DNA of 64,000 bases from Blepharisma stoltei ATCC 30299 (Eukaryota > Protista > Ciliophora): positions 248,001 to 312,000 of the forward strand of contig CBFDEM010000017.1 in the NCBI GenBank assembly GCA_965603825.1. Direction: 5' to 3'. Both the position numbers and the translations under genes were made by a program. Each line of letters starts with the position of its first letter. Position 1 is the first letter of the stretch. The notes beneath the pieces are model-generated. The model was given only the letters and a program-made list of their open reading frames with translations. It did no database searches and was not told where the DNA came from. Below are positions 56,171 to 64,000 of the stretch, piece after piece.

Positions 56171-57037
56171 TTACTCTATTATTTGTAACTTATAAACAGA
56201 AATTTCTTCAATATAAGTCGTCCAGCGCGCATTCCCTTTTAGCCTCTTATCAAAATTGCAAACACTTCTCTCCAGATAATCGAAATTCATATAAAGGTCA
56301 CTTTCCGATGAAAATCTGATCCCTTCAGGCTCATTAATGATAACTTGGTCAGCAAAACTGCAAAAATCAAAGGAATTGTTCTGGATAATCGCCCCACCCA
56401 TCTGCACATCACTATTCTGAGTGCAGCCTTTTCTGATCCCTTTTCATGACCAAGCAGCAATTTCATAGCCTAATGATAGAGTAATAATCATGATAATTCC
56501 TCCTTTACTGTCATCACATTTTCTGTGAAAAGCAACTGAAGAGCGCCCATCATTTCTAGAATCATATAGACAAGTCAGCTCATTGAAGTTGTGGGCGATA
56601 TATTTTTGTAAAAAACGATGGGCTTTGAAATGCTCTGCTGACAAATTGCTGTCAGCTCTTCTATGGATTAGCTTATCCAAAGACTTGCCTACATTATCGA
56701 TAAACCCTGGCGTGCCTCTCGGCGTACTTTTTGGAGCATCCTCTATATTTGTCACAGTTCGGGCTGTACTTCGGTCACCCCCAAATGTAGACCCAGGACC
56801 TCCCATGCGAGTGCTTCCAGTTTCAAATTTTTCTGAACGGATACTTCCAGCTGGAGATTTCATCTGGCTTTTTCGATTCATTTTGCATTCTACACAGCAA
56901 GGTTGTCCATCAACAAGACATTCAGCTTCCATCTCATATTGGCAATAGACACACATATATTCTTCAGTTTTTTCTTCATGGGCATAGAGTGGTAAATTCC
57001 CTTTATCACATTCTTTGCAGATCAATAAATCACCCAT
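56171..57037 (-). CDS. TLDc-domain protein with N-terminal CxxC cluster
   Basis: CLYDSRNDGRSSVAFHRKCD...IEEISVYK; CKEC, CVYC, CCVEC; joined through TGA 56444. Confidence 0.75.
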
Positions 57038-57306
57038 TTATATATAAACAAATATTTTATTGGAAATATACAATATTGCTATCTGCAGGTTCAGCCGATA
57101 AAATAATTGTATAATTATTCATTTTTATATAATTCTTTAGACCAAAAAGTAAAAAATAAAAAATAGCTGGTTTGTATCAGAAGATATAGAAGACAAAAGA
57201 TAAATTTAAGCTGAAATATATTTAATTGTATACTCATCATAAAAAGAATAATTTTTGATTATTTCAGACATTTCATTACTGTTAATAAAAAGTCACCTTT
57301 CTAACT

Positions 57307-58305
57307 ATGACTCTTGAATTGGAGATAACCAAATTAGAGCAAGGGCTGCATGATTTATTCAAATATGCTTTCATAACTAATTGTGAGCTTGATGATGAAG
57401 CTATAACATCAGAAGAAGAAAAGACACTTGAAGAGCTAGACCCACTCGAAGTCCTTGAGAACTTAAAAGATGTTGTATTGAGTCTTCTAAAATTCAAGAA
57501 GACCCACAAAAATTCAGAATCTTCTGAATTGATGAGCCGCAGTGAACAGTTTGAGAAAATGTTACAAAAGTTAGAAGGGGATATAAGAAATCATATAAAA
57601 ATCGAGCACCAGCTCAAACTTCATATAGAAGCTACTCAAGCCAAGATCGAAGAACTTGAAGCAAATATAGAAAAATCGAATTCCGTCATCAAAAAGCTTG
57701 AAAAAAAGCAAGAAAAAAACATGCATGATGTGTACAATAAAAGCATAGACAAGTCCTTTAAAACCGATACAAGAAAAAAGGATAACGATACCAGGCTGAG
57801 CATAGATAAAGACGAAAACTGAGAAGAAATGTTCCATAAACTGGAAAAAGAATTTGCTAAAATGAAAGGAATGCTGGAGGAAAAACAAAAAGAATGTGAT
57901 ATATATAAGAAAGAAAGTGCAAAAAGCCAAGAAAAAAGTCAAGGGAGAGTGAAAAGAAATGAAGATATTCATGATATTGAAGTTCTAAGGAAAAGGCTAA
58001 TTGAGAAAGGAAGTGAATTGACGAAGCTGCAGCAGAAATTAAAGGATAAATCGTATAGCAAACTGCTATTTATGAGAGAAAGAGCAAGCAGAAATGCGAG
58101 AAGGTCTTTGGGAGAAGTGGACATGATTAAAAGCTACTCTCCAAATTTGATCAGAAAAGAAACAGTAACGGTAGACCCATCCTATAAAAGAGATGACATT
58201 AAAATGAACGTTTTGAAGAAAGCAAGAAGCTCTTCTAGAGGCCACAGTCGAAGTTTTTCCGAGCAAAATAGACCTAAGCCAATTAAAAGAGCGCCATCAC
58301 GTTAA
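57307..58305 (+). CDS. Coiled-coil protein
   Basis: Track ORFs join via TGA 57820; FEKMLQKLEGDIRNHIKIEHQLKLHIE heptads. Confidence 0.75.
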
Positions 58306-58343
58306 ATTTTCAATTTTTATTTGAGTTATTAATTATTTAACCC

Positions 58344-59120
58344 TTAATCGAACTTGCCTTTAATAGGTGAAACACTATTGAGCAGTCTCCCTCCATCTCT
58401 GACATTCAGCCTCAAAAACGACCCTGTTTTGAAATTTCTTGTCGTTTTATAAACATCAAGTTTCTTTAGTGGAGGTTTACACGTGAGAGCTTTTGATTGC
58501 AATATTTTACAATCTTTTCTCAAACGCTGATTTTCTTCTGTAAGAACTTCAACTTTTTTTCTTAATTTTTCATACCCATCATGCGCGTCAAAGGTCGTTT
58601 CAGCACTGATGTTTTTTCTGTTTTTTACTGTCCTTATATGTTTTAGGTAACGCTTGAATCGGATTCTTTGTATAACTGAACGGATCCAGGCTTGAATTTT
58701 GATAATATTTGAAAGAGATATTGAATTTCGAAATGTACTTAAAGGTCTAGTGCGGTATGGCGAAGTTGTCAGCGAAGTGGCTGAACTAGACTTGCATGTG
58801 CTTTTGTTACTATTCGGTGCTTTTAATTCTGGTTTTTCTTTGAGTTTTGAATTTATCTGTAATGTCGGCGCTGTGATGTCTGCATAATTGTATAGAGTTT
58901 TTTCATAAAGCGTTGTAGGTTTTGAAGTATCAACTTGGTAAAGTCCATCAATTTTGAATCGGTAGTAAATCCTTCCTGGCTGAACCATAGAGTTTAGGAA
59001 TTTATCATTATCACCTGTCAGCATGTCAAGGTGAAAATCATTAAATGTGCCTGAAACAAAAGCACGCTTGCATGGCTTAGTTCAGGAAAACCTGAAAGAA
59101 GTCTTCATTTGTCCTTCCAT
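58344..59120 (-). CDS. AMPK-beta-type glycogen-binding (CBM48) domain + IQ motif protein
   Basis: FRFS(W)TKPCKRAFVSGTFNDF...PGRIYYRFKIDG.YQVD..KP...YNY; IIKIQAWIRSVIQRIRFKR; ATG 59120. Confidence 0.78.
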
Positions 59121-59347
59121 ATTTTACAATTATTATTGTTAATGATTAATTATCTTTTTAACAAAGAAAATCCATTGAGGATTTTTTTTCTTATGATTTC
59201 TTTAAGAAATTTTTAATGCTCATTAAAATCAGTTTTTCAGGTCTTTTTTTATTTTTATAGTATAAATTATAATATTTTCAGTTCAAAATGCAATAATTTC
59301 TGAGTATTTATAAGAAATTGGTTACATGGCATAATAATAAATTAGGA

Positions 59348-59707
59348 ATGATATCTCCTTACCCTGACCCAATGGAAGATTTAAGGTCAAACTTGCTCTC
59401 TGATTCTCAAGAAGATCTGCATCGTGCATTTGCTGATTGCAGTGTAAGAAGCACTCCTTCGCATTCTCGGTTTCCTCATTATATTTATGGAACCTCTGAT
59501 ATTGTTCGATGTCCCCACTGCTCACAAGAAAACATTCCAAATAAATTTTTTCAGCCTAATTCTCTATCATGAAATATCTGTGGAAGTATCTGCTTGGTTG
59601 GCTGCTGGTTTGGACTTTGTTTACTCCCTATATGTGATTCTAACTTCCAAGAGGCCACAATTTATTGTTCACTATGCAATAAAATCGTAGCAAGAAGAGT
59701 TCAGTAA
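59348..59707 (+). CDS. LITAF-domain protein
   Basis: CPHC...S(W)NICGSICLVGCWFGLCLLPIC...YCSLCNKIV after TGA read-through; TAA 59705-59707. Confidence 0.85.
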
Positions 59708-60106
59708 TTTATTAAAATCTTTATAATGCAATGATAAGAGTTTTGAGTAATTATCTGCTTATAATGGACTTTACCAATTTTTAGAGGTTAGAAAACAAAA
59801 CCACCATATTACTTTTCGCTTATAATGCACTTTCTAAAGCTTCATAGTCTGATTTTTTATCTTTTTAAGTGATAGTTGAATCATCATTGAGATTAAAACT
59901 TTCATTAATCGCGTTTTTTTTGTTAGTTTTTCATATACAGTTTGGCATGCTAATTATACTAGCACAATATATTTGAATTTCATAAGCTTTTATCAGCTCT
60001 TGTCTTATAGGAAGTCATTAATCTAACTATAGGTTTTATGAAATCATAAGTATTTTATAATCAAATAATTTTCTATTATCTTAAATTTTTAAAGCTTCTA
60101 AATAAA

Positions 60107-60698
60107 ATGGTCATTCTTAGATGCCGAGTCTTAATTGTTGGCGACGCCACTGTAGGCAAAACTTCTATGGTCCAAACCTTTATTAATGGCCCATCAGGAT
60201 TCCCTAAAAACTACGCAATGACTCCAGGCTGCGAAATTTTTCAAAAACAAGTCAAGCTTGAAAACTCAGACAAAGTGGTGGAGTTTCAGATCATCGATAC
60301 TGGCGGCCAAAGCATTTTTAAAGATATTGCGCTTGATATGGTGATTTTTATTTTAGTTCCCAAGATCCAATGCTGTTATATTTGTATACGATGTAACAAG
60401 CCAAGAAAGTTTCAGATCCTTGCAATACTGGATCAGGGCCGCCAGAGATACTTTAAAAGAATCATATTTCACAGGGATTATTGTAGCAAATAAGACTGAT
60501 TTAAATGACAGAATTCGTGTAGAAATGCAAGAAGGGGCGAGCTTTGCGAATCAAAATAGATTTGAGTTTATTGAAGTATCAGCAGTAAACTTTATTTAGC
60601 TTAAAACGCAAGATGTAGAAGTGCCATTTAATAGACTGGCTGCTATCTTTGCTAGAAACTATGAGGATAGGGTGCAAGAAGTGCTAAGATTTAGTTAA
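60107..60698 (+). CDS. IFT27: IFT27 (RABL4) small GTPase, three exons
   Basis: LRCRVLIVGDATVGKTS, FPKNYAMT, DTGGQ, VYDVT..ESF, VANKTDL, FIEVSA after removing two introns. Confidence 0.9.
60341..60356 (+). other. 16-nt intron GTGATTTTTATTTTAG
   Basis: Restores GTPase frame (…DM|FPRSNAVIFVYDVT). Confidence 0.9.
60585..60599 (+). other. 15-nt intron GTAAACTTTATTTAG
   Basis: Removes in-frame TAG right after EVSA. Confidence 0.9.
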
Positions 60699-60846
60699 AT
60701 ATTTTAAAATGATTATGGATAAAAATAGTTATCTTATCTTTCCTTATATTTACATTCATAAGTATTAATGCTCAGCTTGCTTGATAAGTCAATTTAGACT
60801 GTAATTTACATATGCTTCATCCATTAAAAATCTCATTTTATAAATA

Positions 60847-61332
60847 ATGACAGAAATAATTCCTCAAGAAATCGCAGTCAAATTTAACCCTCCAAAAATT
60901 GCTATAATTTACAAGCGTAATAAAAACTCCTACATAAGAGAATTCTTACTAGACCCAAATGATTTACAAGAAAGCACCACAGCTTTAATTGAGGCGTTAA
61001 TAAATACTCATCCCGGGTATTTTGGAAGAATAGAGCCTAATCAGATTGGCAGATTATTGGATATGATGAAAAGCAAGCAAACCAAGGTAAATCAGCTTAG
61101 ATTTGGAAAAATGGAAGGATTTAAGCCTAAATCGAAAGACGACTTGCAGCATTATAATAAATTTATTGATGATATGGATCTTTATAGCCCAAAGAATGGA
61201 GAGGAAGAAGAAGAAGAAGAGGAAGATGAAGACTTAGAAGAGGGATACTATGAAGGGAATCGCAAATACAATTACGATGAGCTTGATAGAAACATGGAAA
61301 ATACTTCTTCTGATGAAGAAGAGCTATTTTAA
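60847..61332 (+). CDS. CEP19-like protein with acidic tail
   Basis: IAVKFNPPKIAIIY...L...HPGYF..IEPNQIGRLL resembles the CEP19 N-terminal domain. Confidence 0.6.
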   Translation: MTEIIPQEIAVKFNPPKIAIIYKRNKNSYIREFLLDPNDLQESTTALIEALINTHPGYFGRIEPNQIGRLLDMMKSKQTKVNQLRFGKMEGFKPKSKDDLQHYNKFIDDMDLYSPKNGEEEEEEEEDEDLEEGYYEGNRKYNYDELDRNMENTSSDEEELF

Positions 61333-61866
61333 TATAAATTTTAAGTCATATTAAAAACTTAATGATATGAATTTTTTTGAAACTACTTTATAGTTAAAGA
61401 AGCAAAAGTTATAAAGAATTTTATGTAAGAAATTCTGTTAAAATTAAAGACATCATTCAAGATAATTGTTTTTTATATTACTAATAAATAAAATCAATTG
61501 CTGAAAAATATTATCTGTTACAAACTTCCATATTGTTTAAACATCGGTTATCAATTCTTTCCAAAATTTTGTCCATATCGTTAGCTTTGGACTTTGCACA
61601 AATATTCAGGACAATTTATCTACACAAATCATTGAATTTTTGACAAATTGTCTAATGAAAAATAAATTTTGGTCAGGATCTAGTAATATTTCTAAAATCA
61701 AAAAGTGCATAAAAAACTCATACACTTAAAAAATTTATTCTCTCATTTAACTCGCTTTTGAAAGCCATTTTTGCTATATCAACTTTGTATTTAATAAAAA
61801 ATGTTCTTCAGCACAGCTTCAGCTTGCTAAATAAAATATGATAAAAATATAAAAAGCGCTTATCAA

Positions 61867-63255
61867 ATGTCTCAAATAGTTATCAAAAAACAGTGGCTTG
61901 TGTCTTCACGAACAGTTGACATTATGACATGCTATTCCTTCGAAAAAGAAATAGGAAGTGGGGCATATGGAAAAGTGTTCCAAGCGAAAGATATAAATAG
62001 CGGGATCTTGCGAGCTGTAAAAGTGATTCAAAAAAATCGTGTAAAAGATTATGGAACATTTTGTAATGAAATAAATATATTGAAAACATTGGATCATCCA
62101 AATGTTGTCAATGTAATTGAAACCTTCGAAACAGGCAGACTATGCTTTCTAGTTCTTGAGCTCTGCCAAGGTGGAGAACTTTTCACAAGAATCACAGCAT
62201 TACGAATTTTAAGTGAGCGCCAAGCAGCCTTAATAATGAAAAATTTGTTTTCTGCTATTATGTATTGTCATGATAACAGTATTTGCCATAGAGATATAAA
62301 ACCTGAAAACTGTTTATTTGTTGACACAAACACCGAAAGTGAGCTAAAATTAATTGATTTTGGAATTTCCAAAATGCTCACTGAAGTGGAAGTTATGCAT
62401 GCAATTGACGGGACGCCCTACTATATGGCTCCTGAAATATTGACTGGATCTTATACAAAGCAAGTAGATTGCTGATCACTTGGCGTGATTTTATATATTA
62501 TGCTTGGAGGCTCACCACCTTTTAATGGGAAAGATAATCAAGAAATAATGATGAACGTATATAATGGATATTGATCTTTCAGACCAAAAGCGTTTGCGAC
62601 TGTTTCTGATCATGCTAAAGATTTAATAGCAAGATTACTTGTAAAAGACCCAGATATAAGGTGGACAGCTAAGCAAGCTTATCACCATCCCTGAATACAA
62701 GGTCTAGCGCCAACACCTCAATATCCATTAGTCCCAGAAGTATTTGATGGGATTCAGTCATTTTCCCATGCCCAAAAACTGAAAAGAGTTACTCTAACGT
62801 TTATTGCCTCAAAACTTTCTGAAAAAGATATAGAAAACCTCAAAAAAATTTTTAAATCGCTTAATATCAGTGGCGATGGAACTATTACAAGAGCTGAGCT
62901 ACATCAAGGTATGAGAATGAGTGGCGTTGATATTGATAGTAATACCTTAGAAACTACTTTTTCGATTTTGGATTCGAATCGAAATGGGAAAATTGACTAT
63001 ACAGAATTTCTAGCTGCTTGCTTGTATAATCAGTCAACTTTAGACCAAGGGCTGCTTAAAACAGCGTTTCAGCATTTTGATCATGATAGAAGTGGGTTTA
63101 TTACAAATGATGAGCTTAAAGAAGTGCTTACAGGAGGAGATGTGTCTGTACTAATTAGTGATAATGATATTCAAGAGATTATGAGAGAAACAGACAGGAA
63201 TGGAGATGGGAGGATTGATTATATGGAGTTTCTAGCAATGATGAACCGAGTTTAA
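61867..63255 (+). CDS. Calcium-dependent protein kinase (kinase + 4 EF-hands)
   Basis: IGSGAYG, HRDIKPEN, DFG, GTPYYMAPE, DC(W)SLGV, HP(W)I, then EF loops NISGDGTITRAE, DSNRNGKIDYTE, DHDRSGFITNDE, DRNGDGRIDYME. Confidence 0.94.
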
Positions 63256-63795
63256 ATTAACCGATACAAAATATTGTTTTTCTTATTAATTGACTTTATT
63301 TTAGATATTTAAAATCATATCAATAATTAGCTAAGCAAATTATTATATTTATTTGTCCATTTTGCATTCCACTTTATACCTGAAATGCTTCAGAGATCAA
63401 AAACTAAGGGCTAGTAGACTAGGATGCAAAATCCTTAATGATTAAGATTTATACGCATATATAAAATGTAACCGAATTCGCGTGTTTTCTGACGAAATAA
63501 ATATATTAAAAATATAATGTAAATTGGCAAACCTCAATCAATTATAATTTTAAGACAATAATAAAAGACTCCACAGATTGATCTATAGATATTATCTAAT
63601 TATAAAAAATTCTTAATAATATCATCCATTGACCCAAAAAATTCTCTTAATATTCCCTCTAAAATCCTAACAGACTAAATTAGCCATTAATTGTGTTAAA
63701 TATTGCATTTAAAATTGAATTTTATTTTCTCGAACGAACATTTAACCAATCCCTATAAACTCCACTTAAAATTAAAATTATTTAAACTTAATTAC

Positions 63796-64000
63796 TTAAG
63801 AGGACACTTCTTGATATCCTTTCCATGCTTTCCACACTGGCTCATCTTCTTTAAATCCTTTATTAGCCATCACTTCTCTCCATTCACGGACCATCGAGCA
63901 GCAGCAGCAAAAAGTGGCCAAAATGCAGTCGTTAAGATATGATCCTTTTATGCTTAAGACTTCTCTTATTTTAGTGCGATTATACGCCACACCAAAACAG
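63796..64000 (-). CDS. PLAC8 family protein, 3' part (paralog of 5929-6309)
   Basis: CFGVAYNR.KIR..L.I.GSYL.DCILA...CC.MVREWREVM..KG.KEDE.VWKAWKGY shared with the 5929-6309 gene. Confidence 0.85.
   Translation of the reverse strand, partial: CFGVAYNRTKIREVLSIKGSYLNDCILATFCCCCSMVREWREVMANKGFKEDEPVWKAWKGYQEVSS

Noticed and set aside
3313-63255. Selenocysteine reading of in-frame TGA
   Set aside because: TGA aligns with Trp, not Cys, in many unrelated proteins and with TGG in paralogs.
1-64000. Telomeric repeats, IES-like insertions, tRNA/rRNA genes, intact transposons
   Set aside because: None recognised; conserved genes are uninterrupted apart from tiny introns, consistent with somatic DNA.

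Overview
AT-rich, very gene-dense eukaryotic DNA that reads as a heterotrich ciliate somatic (macronuclear) chromosome segment, most consistent with Blepharisma. In-frame TGA falls repeatedly on conserved Trp positions, so TGA=Trp and TAA/TAG are the stops. Genes carry tiny 15-16 nt GT..AG introns with an invariant A at position 10. The supplied standard-code ORF track therefore fragments many genes; I re-joined them by hand. There are about 47 protein genes, including a TTLL3-like glycylase, GDPD, two bacterial-type AlkD glycosylases, Rab8, importin-5, importin-alpha-like, TOP2, PP2C, CDC14, Y14, ISCU, ERGIC3, m-AAA protease, XRCC1-like, MUS81, IFT27, CEP19-like and a CDPK, plus three decayed pseudogenes. 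Top novelty candidates: (1) a tandem birth-and-death family fusing a beta-strand-rich (propeller-like) N-terminus to a degenerate family-1 uracil-DNA-glycosylase fold (16.4-20 kb); (2) a RING-CH E3-ligase domain fused through a membrane segment to a bacterial-type YqgE/AlgH (UPF0301) domain; (3) a 19-nt intron that must skip a canonical 15-nt acceptor; (4) a triple-HTH protein and a divergent PWWP-PHD protein. No tRNA/rRNA, CRISPR, telomere or intact transposon was recognised. All family calls are by-eye motif recognition, not database searches.
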